Assembly: GCA_036569025.1 (NCBI GenBank)
Contig: DATCRO010000730.1
Location: 1-32,170, forward strand
Origin: Burkholderiaceae bacterium
Lineage (GTDB): Bacteria > Pseudomonadota > Gammaproteobacteria > Burkholderiales > Burkholderiaceae_C
Direction of reading: 5' to 3'
DNA length: 32,170 bases
The position numbers and the translations under genes are program-made. This document shows positions 18,515 to 28,094 of the stretch, one piece after another. Numbering within the stretch: the stretch's first letter is position 1; every line of letters begins with the position of its first letter. The notes beneath the pieces were generated by a model. It was not told where the DNA came from. It saw only the letters and a program-made list of their open reading frames with translations, and did not search any database.

Positions 18515-18821
18515 CGACGTCACCTCCGCATCGATTCTTGCACCCGGCCCCCGGCGCTCCGAGTACGGGGTAGTTCCGACAGGGAAAGTCCTTGGCCAAG
18601 GTGGGTCGGCCGCGACAAACGCCGCGGCTCCGGGGAAGGCCGCCGAATTCGCGTGATGGCGCGAAGCCCGCCATACCGCATTTGGGGTATGGCGGCGACC
18701 GCAACATCCGGCGCAACCCGATGCCGCCGTCGCATCGCAACGGCTAATGTGCAAAGAGGCCATTCTCTGATCGAGCCGTGGCCGCCCCTTCGACATCCCA
18801 TCCACCCGAGAGGATTGCGCC

Positions 18822-19835
18822 ATGAAATTCGATTCCCGTCGTCTTGCCCGTCCCATCGTCCTGACCGCGCTGGCCGCGGCGTCGTTCTGCGCCCTGGCCC
18901 AGGAGTCCGCCAAGGCGATGCCCGACGCAGCCGCCAACGCCGCGGCGCCGCGGGGCGTGCACTGGAAGAACGACCCGGATTCCCTGGCGATGCCCGGATC
19001 GGTGGCCGGCCAGCGCGCCGCCGCCGAAGCGGCGGCGCGCTCCTCGACGATCGCCGCCCGCAGCTCGGGCAAGACGCTGACCTACTACGGCGGCCCGATC
19101 GTCAAGAACATCAAGGTGATCCAGGTGCTGTATGGCAGCGGCACCTACCAGCCCTTCGTCCAGGGCACCGGCTCGGGCACGATGTCGGCGTTCTACAGCG
19201 GCGTGGTCGGCAGCCCGTACTTCACATGGCTGAACGGCGACTACGGCACCGGCAGCGGCAAGACCACGCAGTCGATCGGATACGGCAGCTTCGCGGGCCA
19301 GGTCACGATCACGCCGTCCAGCTCGCGCAACGGCAGCACGATCACCGACGCGCAGATCCAGGCCGAACTGGCCGCGCAGATCAGCGCCGGCCACCTCGCC
19401 GCGCCCAACGCCAACACGTACTACGCCGTGTTCTTCCCCAAGGGCAAGACGATCAGCCAGGGCGGCTCCAATTCCTGCGTCTCCGGCGGCTTCTGCGCGT
19501 ACCACGGCACCGTGGCCGGCAGCTCCGCGACCTGGATGTACGGCGTGCACCCGGACAACAGCGCCGGCTCGGGCTGCGACGTGGGCTGCGGCGGCAGCAC
19601 GCCCTTCAACAACATGAGCTCCGTCTCGTCGCACGAGATGATCGAGACGGTGACGGATCCGGACGTCGGCATCGCGACGACCTACGCCTCGCCGCTGGCC
19701 TGGTACAACCGGACGTACGGCGAGATCGGCGACATCTGCAATGCCCAGCAGGGCACCGTCGTCGGAACCGACGGCGTGACCTACACCGTGCAGAAGGAGT
19801 GGTCGAACTCGCAGTCGATCTGCCGGATCCAGTGA
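18822..19835 (+). CDS. Secreted PHI-1/EXORDIUM-like protein
   Basis: GAGGA RBS, signal peptide; LTYYGGPI, GFCAYH, SHEMIETVTDP, EIGDIC, VQKEWSN. Confidence 0.8.
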   Translation: MKFDSRRLARPIVLTALAAASFCALAQESAKAMPDAAANAAAPRGVHWKNDPDSLAMPGSVAGQRAAAEAAARSSTIAARSSGKTLTYYGGPIVKNIKVIQVLYGSGTYQPFVQGTGSGTMSAFYSGVVGSPYFTWLNGDYGTGSGKTTQSIGYGSFAGQVTITPSSSRNGSTITDAQIQAELAAQISAGHLAAPNANTYYAVFFPKGKTISQGGSNSCVSGGFCAYHGTVAGSSATWMYGVHPDNSAGSGCDVGCGGSTPFNNMSSVSSHEMIETVTDPDVGIATTYASPLAWYNRTYGEIGDICNAQQGTVVGTDGVTYTVQKEWSNSQSICRIQ

Positions 19836-19859
19836 TCCGGCTCCTCGAGTGAGCTCAAG

Positions 19860-19889
19860 CCCGCGGACACGCTCGCAGGTGTCCGCGGG
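19860..19889. terminator. Hairpin between convergent genes (possible terminator/stability element)
   Basis: 11-bp stem cccgcggacac / gtgtccgcggg, 8-nt loop; no U-tract. Confidence 0.4.
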
Positions 19890-20055
19890 AACTCCGGCAA
19901 GCGCCACCGCGCCGCCCACCTCGTCCTGCGTCCCCTGAAGGACGAGCACCGGCGCGCCGAGCACACGACGATGCCGGCCAGCTCCGCGCCGCTGCGGCCG
20001 CAGTCGAGTGCCGCCATGCCGCCGGCGTGTCCCGGACGCAGGCGCTGGGCGCGCC

Positions 20056-22632
20056 TCAGCCGCAGGCCGTCGCCGCCGCGCTGCGTTGCGCGAGCCACTC
20101 GCCGAACCCGCGCGGATCCATCGGGCGCGAGATGCGGTAGCCCTGCGCCACCTGGTAGCCCTGGCCGGCCAGCAGCGCCATCTGCGCCTCGGTCTCGACG
20201 CCTTCGGCCACCACGATCAGGCCCAGGCTGTGCCCGATCTGCACCACGGCGCGGCTGAGGGCCTGCGCGGTGACGTCGGTCTCGAGGTCGCTGACGAACG
20301 AGCGGTCGAGCTTGAGCTCGTGGATGGGCAGGCGCCGCAGGTAGCTCAGGCTGGAGTAGCCCGTGCCGAAGTCGTCGACCGACAGCCGCACGCCCAGGCG
20401 ATGGATCTCGCCGATGGTGCGCCGCGTGGCCGGGTGGTCGTCGATGAGCGTGCCTTCGGTGATCTCGACGACCAGGTCGGGCGGCGCCAGGCCACGCTCG
20501 GACAGCATGCCCACCAGCCGCTGCGGCAGCCCCAGGTCGTGGAAGCTGGTGGACGACAGGTTGACCGACACGGACGGCACCACGAGGCCTGCGGCGCGCC
20601 ACGCGGCCAGCTGGTCGCACGCCGTGCGCAGCGCCCAGTCGCCCAGCACCGCGATCAGGCCGCAGTCCTCGGCCAGCGGGATGAAGCGCGACGGCGGCAC
20701 GTTGCCCAGCTCGGGATGCGACCAGCGCGCCAGCGCCTCCGCGCCGCAGAGCTCGCCGGTGCGCAGGTCGACCTGCGGCTGGTAGTGCAGCGAGAGTCCG
20801 TTGCCCTGCAGGGCGGCGCGCAGCGCGGTCTCCAGGGCCAGGCGCTCCTGCGCGAGCGCGTTCATCTCGGCGCTGAAGAAGCAGTAGCTGCCGCGGCTGT
20901 CGGTCTTGGCCTGGTACATCGCCATGTCGGCGCGCATCAGGAGCGTCTCGATGTCCACGCCGTCGGACGGGAACAACGCGATCCCGCAACTGGCCGACGC
21001 GTTCAGGCGCTGGCCCGCGATCTCGTGCGGATCGGCGATGCGCGCCTGCAGCCGTTCGACGACGACGGTCGAGTCCTCGGCGTCGCAATCGGGCAGCACC
21101 AGCACGAACTCGTCGCCGGACAGCCGGCCGGCGATGTCGACCGCGCGCTTGTCGCGCGTGATCTGGCGCGCGACGTGGCACAGCAGCTCGTCGCCCGCCG
21201 CATGGCCCAGCGAATCGTTGACCTGCTTGAAGCGATCGAGGTCGATGAAGATCACCGCGGCCGGCGCGCCGGTGCGGGCCGCCGCGGCGAGCGCCTGCTC
21301 CGCCTTGGCCAGCAGCAGGCTGCGATTGGGCAGCGCGGTCAGCGCGTCGTAGAAGGCGAGCTGGCGGATGCGCGCCTTCGACCGCTCGCGCTCGAACGCG
21401 AGCGCGCACAGGTGGATGCACGCGGCCATGAGCCGGCGGTGGAACTCGGACGGCGCATGCGCACGCGTGTAGTGGAACGTGACGGTGCCCAGCCGCGTGT
21501 GGTCCACCGCGTTGACGGGCATCGTCCAGCACGCCGCGTAGCCCATGTCCAGCAGCGCGGCGCGGAACTCGGGCCAGGGGAAGGACGGGTCGCCGGCGAT
21601 GTCGGCGCACACCAGGCCGTCGGCCGACCACGCGGCCTCCTGCGCGGGCGAGCCGATCGGCCAGCGCGCCTTGTCGGCCACGCGCAGGCGGTAGGCCTCA
21701 GGCATGCTGGGCGCCGCAAGCGGCAGCAGGCGCCCCTGTGCATCGGCCTCGGTGATGAAGGTGGCGATGCCGGGCAGGATGCCTTCGACCTCGGCGCACA
21801 TCATCTCCATCACCTCCACGAGCGGCCGCTCGCGCGCGATGGCCTCGAGGACGCGGTGCTGCAGCACCTCCTGCATCTTGGACTGGGTGATGTCGGTCAG
21901 CACGCTCACCGCGTTGACGAGGCGGCCCCCTTCGTCGAACACCGGATCACTGGTGATGGAGCACCAGTAGCGCGCGCCGTCGCGTCCATGGAGGATCTCC
22001 TCGCGCCGCAGCGACGTGCCCGCGCGCAGGCTGTCCAGGACGGCCCCCTCCTCGCCCTCCAGGTGCGGCGCGAGCAGTCCGGCCGGGCGGCGGCCGGCGA
22101 TCTCGGCCAGGCGCCAGCCGAACATGCGCGTGAAGCCCTCGTTGACGTACGTGATGCGCCGATCGGCGTCGGTGATCAGCACGGCGTTGTCGGTGACGCC
22201 CGCGACCATCGACAGCCGCCGGATCTCCTCGGTGGCCCGGCGCTCGCGGCCGACGCGCTCGGTGACGTCGCTGGCCATCTTGACGATGCGCAGCACCTGG
22301 CCCCGCGCGCCGAGCACCGGCGCGTACGTGGCCTCGAGCCAGCACGCCTGGCCGCCATGGCGCCGGCGTTCGCACAGGTCGGTATGGGCCTCGCCCGCGC
22401 GCAGCCGCTGCCACAGGGTCGCGTACTCGGGCGATGCGACGTACGCCGGATCGCAGAACATGCGATGGTGCGCGCCCTGCACCTCGGACAATTCGTAGCC
22501 GAAGATCTGCAGGTAGTGCCGATTGGCGTGCAGCAGCTCGCCATCGGGCGAGAACTCCGCGAACGCCATCACCGCGTCCAGCGTGGCCAGGTTGCGGTCC
22601 AGCAGGTGATCGGACGGGGAAGCGGGTTGCAT
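20056..22632 (-). CDS. PAS-PAS-GAF-GGDEF-EAL c-di-GMP enzyme (probable phosphodiesterase)
   Basis: PAS motifs HHRMFCDP/WLEATYAPV and YVNEGFTRMFG; DALTALPNR, SGDEF, EALARW, DDFGTGYSSL; ATG 22632 preferred. Confidence 0.93.
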   Translation of the reverse strand: MQPASPSDHLLDRNLATLDAVMAFAEFSPDGELLHANRHYLQIFGYELSEVQGAHHRMFCDPAYVASPEYATLWQRLRAGEAHTDLCERRRHGGQACWLEATYAPVLGARGQVLRIVKMASDVTERVGRERRATEEIRRLSMVAGVTDNAVLITDADRRITYVNEGFTRMFGWRLAEIAGRRPAGLLAPHLEGEEGAVLDSLRAGTSLRREEILHGRDGARYWCSITSDPVFDEGGRLVNAVSVLTDITQSKMQEVLQHRVLEAIARERPLVEVMEMMCAEVEGILPGIATFITEADAQGRLLPLAAPSMPEAYRLRVADKARWPIGSPAQEAAWSADGLVCADIAGDPSFPWPEFRAALLDMGYAACWTMPVNAVDHTRLGTVTFHYTRAHAPSEFHRRLMAACIHLCALAFERERSKARIRQLAFYDALTALPNRSLLLAKAEQALAAAARTGAPAAVIFIDLDRFKQVNDSLGHAAGDELLCHVARQITRDKRAVDIAGRLSGDEFVLVLPDCDAEDSTVVVERLQARIADPHEIAGQRLNASASCGIALFPSDGVDIETLLMRADMAMYQAKTDSRGSYCFFSAEMNALAQERLALETALRAALQGNGLSLHYQPQVDLRTGELCGAEALARWSHPELGNVPPSRFIPLAEDCGLIAVLGDWALRTACDQLAAWRAAGLVVPSVSVNLSSTSFHDLGLPQRLVGMLSERGLAPPDLVVEITEGTLIDDHPATRRTIGEIHRLGVRLSVDDFGTGYSSLSYLRRLPIHELKLDRSFVSDLETDVTAQALSRAVVQIGHSLGLIVVAEGVETEAQMALLAGQGYQVAQGYRISRPMDPRGFGEWLAQRSAAATACG

Positions 22633-22711
22633 TCTTGTCTGGGGATCTCGGGGCGACGAGGGCGACGGGGCCAGGCGCAGCGCCTCGCCCGAGTTCACTG
22701 CCGCTCGTCTG

Positions 22712-22738
22712 TTGTCGACGCTTTCCGAGACTACTTGA
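22712..22738 (-). promoter_or_regulatory. Putative sigma-28 (FliA) promoter
   Basis: Minus strand TCAAG-N14-GTCGACAA vs consensus TCAAG-N14-GCCGATAA. Confidence 0.55.
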
Positions 22739-22864
22739 TGCCATCGCGGCCGGGAACGGCGGACGTCACGAACTCCCCTCACCAATCCGACCGACTCCGG
22801 GCATTACGCACGGCCGCCGCCGCCGTGCATGCCGGACGTTCGCTCGGCAAGGGCGCGATCCGCG

Positions 22865-24757
22865 TCACCGCGGCTCGGCCCGGACCGGCTCGTGCGCGAC
22901 GCTCGAGGACATCGCCTCGATCTCCTCGGCGGGGACCGGGCGGCTGAACAGATAGCCCTGGCCGTGGTGCACATGCAGGCGCCGGAGCACGGCCAGCTGC
23001 TGGGGCGTCTCGATGCCCTCGGCGACGATCTCCTTCTTGAGCGCGCTCGCCAGGCCCACGATCGTGGCCACGATGGCGTAGTCCTCGCCGGTGCTGCTCA
23101 GGTCGTTGACGAAGCTGCGGTCGACCTTGATCTTGTCGATCGGCAGGCGCTTCAGGTAGGACAGCGACGACAGGCCGGTGCCGAAATCGTCGATGGCGAT
23201 CTTCATGCCGCGCAGCTTCAGGATGGCCAGCATCTGCACGTTGGCGGCCACGTCCTCGATGAGCGCGTGCTCGGTCAGCTCGATCTGAAGCTGGCGCGGA
23301 TCCGCGCCGCTGTCCTTCAGGGCCGCGTCCACCTGGTCGATCAACGTGCGCCGCGCCAGCTGCTGCGCGGACACGTTGACGGCGATGAACAGGTGCCCGA
23401 GGCCGCGGCCCTGCCAGGCCGCCTGCTGGCGCGCCGCGGCGCGCAGCACCCAGCCACCGAGCTCCACGATCAGGCCGGAGCCCTCGGCCACCTCGATGAA
23501 GGCGCCCGGCATCAGCAATCCGCGCGTCGGATGGCGCCAGCGCACGAGCGCCTCGACACCGATGACCGCCTCGGTCCCGAGATCGAGGATGGGCTGGTAG
23601 TGCAGGACGAGCTCGTCGCGCTGCAGCGCGGCGGCGAGCTCCTCGCTGAGCTGCAGGCGGGCGACGTTCTCGCGATCCATGCTCTCGTCGTAGATCGCGA
23701 AGCCGTTCTTGCCCGAGGACTTCGCGCGGTACATCGCGATGTCGGCCGCGCGCAGAAGCTCCTGCGCCGTGGCGCCATGGCCCGGGAACTCGGCGATGCC
23801 CACGCTGGCGTGCACCGGCATGAGCTTGCCGCGGAAGCGCATCGGCTGGTTGAAGCAGGCGATCGCATGACGACCCAGGTGCTCGGCCGATTCGCCGGCG
23901 CGGCGCGAGCGGATCACGGCCACGAACTCGTCGCCGCCCAGGCGGAAGACCTTGCCGGTGGCGCCGAACGCCTGCTGCAACGCGCCGCCCAGCTGGCCCA
24001 GCAGCGCGTCGCCGGCCGCATGCCCCATCGTGTCGTTGACCAGCTTGAAGTCGTCCAGGTCCAGCAGCAGCACCGAGAAGCGGGTCGACGGCTCGCCGGC
24101 GAGCCCGGCCAGCAGTTCCATCGCCGCGTGCCGGTTCTGCAGGCCCGTCACCGGGTCGAAGTACGCGAGCTGGTTCAGCTCGTCCTCGGTCCGGGCGACG
24201 GCCCGGCGCACGCGCCGCACGCGCACGTAGGAGACCACCAGGCCCAGCAGCGCGGACAGCAGGGTCGCGCCGCACAGCATCAGCGTCTGGCGCTGCAGGG
24301 CGCGCCGGGACACGACCAGGCGCAGCTCGCCGAGACGCTCGCGCCCCTGCATCACCGGCTCGCGGACCTCGATGGCGCCGGGCTCCGCGGGAAGCTTGCG
24401 CGCGGCGGCGTCGGGCGCCACCGCGTCATAGCGGGCGAACACCTGGCCGGTGACGTCCAGCACCGTCGCCTGGCGGATGTCTGGCGAGCTCTTGAGCAGT
24501 TGCAGGATCTCGCCCGCGGCGCGCGCATCGCGGAACAGCAGCGCGGGGGCGATGCCGTCCGAAGCGATGGCCGCCTGCAGTTCCGCCTGGCCGCGCAGCG
24601 TCGCATGCGACCAGCCATAGACCAGCACGTTGACCGCCAGTCCCGCGACCAGCAGCGCGAGCGCCGTCGATTGCAGGGCCGCGATCGTGAGGCGCGCGGC
24701 CAGCGATCGCGGGCGCGGCGCGGATCGGCCAGGCGGGAGGACGGCGGGCGACGTCAT
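22865..24757 (-). CDS. Membrane GGDEF-EAL protein with periplasmic sensor (YfiN-like N-terminus)
   Basis: Two TMs around a periplasmic domain (ALLFRDARAAGEIL), DPVTGLQNR, GGDEF, EALVRW, DDFGTG; ATGA overlap with yfiR-like stop. Confidence 0.92.
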   Translation of the reverse strand: MTSPAVLPPGRSAPRPRSLAARLTIAALQSTALALLVAGLAVNVLVYGWSHATLRGQAELQAAIASDGIAPALLFRDARAAGEILQLLKSSPDIRQATVLDVTGQVFARYDAVAPDAAARKLPAEPGAIEVREPVMQGRERLGELRLVVSRRALQRQTLMLCGATLLSALLGLVVSYVRVRRVRRAVARTEDELNQLAYFDPVTGLQNRHAAMELLAGLAGEPSTRFSVLLLDLDDFKLVNDTMGHAAGDALLGQLGGALQQAFGATGKVFRLGGDEFVAVIRSRRAGESAEHLGRHAIACFNQPMRFRGKLMPVHASVGIAEFPGHGATAQELLRAADIAMYRAKSSGKNGFAIYDESMDRENVARLQLSEELAAALQRDELVLHYQPILDLGTEAVIGVEALVRWRHPTRGLLMPGAFIEVAEGSGLIVELGGWVLRAAARQQAAWQGRGLGHLFIAVNVSAQQLARRTLIDQVDAALKDSGADPRQLQIELTEHALIEDVAANVQMLAILKLRGMKIAIDDFGTGLSSLSYLKRLPIDKIKVDRSFVNDLSSTGEDYAIVATIVGLASALKKEIVAEGIETPQQLAVLRRLHVHHGQGYLFSRPVPAEEIEAMSSSVAHEPVRAEPR

Positions 24758-25287
24758 TCCGAAACCGTCCTGGCCAGGCGCAGCAGGCGCGAGCTGATGG
24801 ACAGGCCCGACTGCAGCGCCTTGCGCTGGTCGATGTCGAACGCGAGCCGGCCGTCGGTGAACACGAGCTGGATGGAGGGCCTGGCCGCGGGACGATAGTC
24901 GCTCGAACCGATCACGAGCGCCGGCTCGCGCACGGCGTTGCGCGCGTCCTGTTCGGCCGCCGCGGAGTCGACGTAGACCGCCTGGCACGGGTGCGGGGCG
25001 CCCTCGAGCCCGGCCACGTGCAGCGTCATGCGCCGCACGGCGCGCCCTTCGAGCAGGCGCACCGGCGCCATCATCGGACTGTCGCTTCGCAGGCACAGCG
25101 TGAGCGCCGAGCCGTCGGCCAGCGCGCTCTCGTTCGGCCATTCGACGAACTGCAGGACGTTGAACACGATGGCGGCCTCGAGCGCACCGCGCTCCACGGC
25201 CAACGCGCCGCGCAGCGGCAGCAGCGCGAGCCCGACGCCGGCCAGCCACGCGGGCCAGGCTCGCCGCAACGAATGGAGTCCGTTCAT
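24754..25287 (-). CDS. YfiR-family periplasmic protein
   Basis: Signal peptide; AAIVFNVLQFVEWP, LCL, CQAVYV, LSISSRLLRLA. Confidence 0.9.
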   Translation of the reverse strand: MNGLHSLRRAWPAWLAGVGLALLPLRGALAVERGALEAAIVFNVLQFVEWPNESALADGSALTLCLRSDSPMMAPVRLLEGRAVRRMTLHVAGLEGAPHPCQAVYVDSAAAEQDARNAVREPALVIGSSDYRPAARPSIQLVFTDGRLAFDIDQRKALQSGLSISSRLLRLARTVSE

Positions 25288-25289
25288 CG

Positions 25290-27248
25290 TCAGAACGCCT
25301 TCGAGACGGTGATCTCGATGCTGCGCCCGGCCTGCCGAATGGAAGGTTGCGCCTCCAGGTCGGTGCCCGGATCGTCGTATCGGCGATCGAACAGGTTCTG
25401 CACGTTCGCCGACCACGACCAGCCGCCGGCCGCCGTCGTCGACGACAGCGCGGCGTTGGCCAGCGCATACGCGCCCGCGCCGCCGCGGCGCGCGACGGCG
25501 CGCCACTGCAGCCCCGCCTGCACGCCCGCGGCCAGCGGCAGCATCGCCGTCAGGTTGGCGATCCAGTGCGGCGCGTAGACGGCGATCGGGGTGCCGGTGG
25601 CCCGGTCGTGCGCGAAGGACGTGCTGACGTTGGCGCGCAGGCGCGGGCCCTGCGCCCACGCGTGCTGCCACTCCACTTCCGCGCCGCGCGCCACGACGGT
25701 GCCCTGGTTGACGAAGGTGTACCTGTCGTTGGCGTCGTCGCGCGCCTGCACGATCAGGCGCTCGGCGCGGTTCTCGAAGAGGGATCCGCCCAGGCTGTCG
25801 CTCGCGTCGGGATGCCACTCGACGTTGAGCTCGGCGCCGCGCACCGCCTCCGGTCGCAGGCGCGGATTGACCTCGTAGCCGCCGGAGCCGGCGATCTGGT
25901 AGTGGGCCTCGAAGTCGTTCGGCGGCCGGTAGGCGGTCCCGACGATGGCCTTGGTCACGAGCGTGTCCGCGGGCCGCCAGACGAGCGCCATGCGGCCGCT
26001 CGGCTGCGCCCGGTAGCCGCGCGTCGCATCCAGCCGCAGGCTGCCGTCGACCGACACGGTGCCCGTCGCACGCCAGACGTCCTCGGCGAAGACGGCCAGG
26101 CGGCGCGACGGGTCGTTGCGATCCAGGTAGGGCTCGCTCGGGGGCGCGACGTCCGCGTTGAACGAGCGCAGCATCGGCGAGAGCTGGAACTCCGCGCCGG
26201 CCGTCAGGCGATGGCCGGCGATGCGCTCGGTGGTGACATGGCCCTCGGCGCCGACCCAGTGGGCCGTGTCGGTGTCCTCGTTGATCGTCACGGGCGCCGC
26301 GTCCATGACGTAGCGGCCGACGAAGTGGTAGCTCCCGCCGTACAGGCGCAGCGTCGACTGGTCGCCCGCCTCGCTCGAGCCTGTCCAGGTGAGGTCGTAC
26401 AGGCCCTGGTTGTCGATGTTGCGCGTGCGCCAGTCGCCCGCCAGGGTATCGACGATGGCGGGGTTGCCGCGCGTGCGATGCGACTGGATCAGCGAGAGCG
26501 CCAGGCCGCCATAACGCGCGTTCAGCGTCACGCTCGTGCGCTGCTCGAAGTCGCCGCGCGGCGTCACGGCGCCGTCGGCCGGCACATCCTCGCCGCGCGT
26601 CCCGCCCGACGAGGCCGACAGCCGCACGACCGCGCCGCCGGCGGCCGACAGCGTGTCCTCCAGCCGCACGCGGCGTTCGCCGAACGAGCCGAGGGTCGCC
26701 TCCGCCCCGGCGGGCGCGCCCGCGTCGGGCCGGCGGGTGACGACGTTGACGACGCCGAACAGCGCGTTCGCGCCGTAGACGGCCGACGCCTGCCCCGGAA
26801 TGAACTCGACGCGATCGACCAGCGCCATGTCGACCGGGAACTCGCTGCCCAGGTAGGCCTGGTCATAGAGCGCGTCGTTGGCGCGCACGCCGTCGATGAG
26901 CAGCAGCACCCGCGTGTTGTAGTCGCCGGGCGCGTAGAAGCCCCGCACGCCGATGTAGCTGTAGGAGCGATCGGTCGTGACCATCGCGCCCTTGACCGTC
27001 GCCAGCACGTCGGCCAGTGTCCGGCAGCCGAGCGCGCGGATCTCGGCGGCGCTGACGACGGTGACCGCGGCCGCGGTGTCGGCGAGCGTCGACGGGAACT
27101 TCGAGACGCCCGAGACCTGCATGTCGAGCAGTTGGTCCAGCGGCATCGACGCGAGGTCGGGCACGCTCGGGTTGGCCGCGAGCGCGGCGCTGGAGGCCAG
27201 GCCCAGGCTCAGCGACAAGCAAGGGACGAGAAGCGACTTCTTGGACAT
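25290..27248 (-). CDS. TonB-dependent receptor
   Basis: Signal peptide, DLASMPLDQLLDMQVSGVSK plug, VLLLIDG, RVEFIPGQASAVYGANALFGVVNV, NLFDRRY, terminal Phe. Confidence 0.93.
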   Translation of the reverse strand: MSKKSLLVPCLSLSLGLASSAALAANPSVPDLASMPLDQLLDMQVSGVSKFPSTLADTAAAVTVVSAAEIRALGCRTLADVLATVKGAMVTTDRSYSYIGVRGFYAPGDYNTRVLLLIDGVRANDALYDQAYLGSEFPVDMALVDRVEFIPGQASAVYGANALFGVVNVVTRRPDAGAPAGAEATLGSFGERRVRLEDTLSAAGGAVVRLSASSGGTRGEDVPADGAVTPRGDFEQRTSVTLNARYGGLALSLIQSHRTRGNPAIVDTLAGDWRTRNIDNQGLYDLTWTGSSEAGDQSTLRLYGGSYHFVGRYVMDAAPVTINEDTDTAHWVGAEGHVTTERIAGHRLTAGAEFQLSPMLRSFNADVAPPSEPYLDRNDPSRRLAVFAEDVWRATGTVSVDGSLRLDATRGYRAQPSGRMALVWRPADTLVTKAIVGTAYRPPNDFEAHYQIAGSGGYEVNPRLRPEAVRGAELNVEWHPDASDSLGGSLFENRAERLIVQARDDANDRYTFVNQGTVVARGAEVEWQHAWAQGPRLRANVSTSFAHDRATGTPIAVYAPHWIANLTAMLPLAAGVQAGLQWRAVARRGGAGAYALANAALSSTTAAGGWSWSANVQNLFDRRYDDPGTDLEAQPSIRQAGRSIEITVSKAF

Positions 27249-27274
27249 GGAACGGGTACGGCGAGAACCCGTCT

Positions 27275-27301
27275 TCATCGACCGAAGGACCGCCTTCTGA
27301 A
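27275..27301 (-). promoter_or_regulatory. Possible sigma-28 (FliA) promoter of TonB-YfiR-GGDEF/EAL operon
   Basis: Minus strand TTCAG-N14-GTCGATGA, 26 bp upstream of ATG 27248. Confidence 0.4.
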
Positions 27302-27425
27302 GCCGGGACAACGTTGTCCTGCGCACTTCGCCACGACCCGACAACACTGATCGGACGTTCCCGCTCGGCAGCCTCGTACGTGCGCTCCCACGGCGCATGG
27401 CGCGGCGTCGGCGCCGCAAATGGGA

Positions 27426-27441
27426 CTGGCACACATATTGC
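27426..27441 (+). promoter_or_regulatory. Sigma-54 promoter
   Basis: CTGGCAC-ACATA-TTGC, exact TGGCAC-N5-TTGC consensus, 35 bp upstream of ATG 27477. Confidence 0.8.
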
Positions 27442-27476
27442 CCGACAGTAGGCGAAACGACCGATCAGGTTTCGCC

Positions 27477-27980
27477 ATGCCGGCCCAGGACGACAAACTG
27501 CGGGTGCTGGTCGTCGACGACAACGTCGACGCCGCGGCGACGTTTTGCGCCCTGCTGCGCCTCTCGGGCTGCGAGGCCCAGGCCGCCTCCGGGCTGGCGA
27601 TCGCGCTGGCCGTGGCGGCGTCGTTCGAGCCTGACGTCGTCGTGCTCGACCTGGAGATGCCCGGTGCGGACGGCTGCCGCGTGCTGCAGCAAATGCGCGA
27701 ACGCGGCGACGGACTTGCCGATCCGCTGTACGTCTGCCTCACCGGGGCGAGCTCCGACGAGAACCGCCGCCGCTGCGAGGCGGCCGGCTTCCACCGCTTC
27801 CACGCCAAGCCCCTGCGCCCCCATGAACTTGCCGAAATCCTGGCCGACGCACGCGCGCGGCGCCTGCGGCAGCGCGTCGCCATGGCCATGCCCGAGGCCG
27901 CGCCGCTCCCTGCACCGGGCGCCGCGATCTCGCAGGGCGTTCGAGCGGGACCGGCAGGCAATGACCCGCTCAGCCATTGA
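27477..27980 (+). CDS. Single-domain response regulator receiver with low-complexity tail
   Basis: LRVLVVDDN, PDVVVLDLEMPGADG, CLTG, AGF..FHAKP. Confidence 0.9.
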   Translation: MPAQDDKLRVLVVDDNVDAAATFCALLRLSGCEAQAASGLAIALAVAASFEPDVVVLDLEMPGADGCRVLQQMRERGDGLADPLYVCLTGASSDENRRRCEAAGFHRFHAKPLRPHELAEILADARARRLRQRVAMAMPEAAPLPAPGAAISQGVRAGPAGNDPLSH

Positions 27981-28017
27981 AAAGTGCAGCTCGCACAGTT
28001 CTTGCCCGTACCGGAAC

Positions 28018-28094
28018 GGACGGCTTTTCCTCCCTGGGCCGTCCCTTCCTTGAAGCACTTTGAGCCCGGCCCCCATGTCCGGGCTCTTTCTTTT
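28018..28094 (+). ncRNA. Candidate sRNA with CU-rich anti-SD loop; 5' end undefined
   Basis: Stem ggacggc/gccgtcc with loop ttttcctccctgg, second ccttcctt tract, then intrinsic terminator. Confidence 0.45.
28062..28094 (+). terminator. Rho-independent terminator
   Basis: gagcccgg-N9-ccgggctc followed by tttctttt. Confidence 0.85.

Noticed and set aside
20008-22947. 979-aa plus-strand ORF (likewise 7128-9683, 22829-24898, 25347-27350)
   Set aside because: Shadow frames opposite motif-bearing genes.
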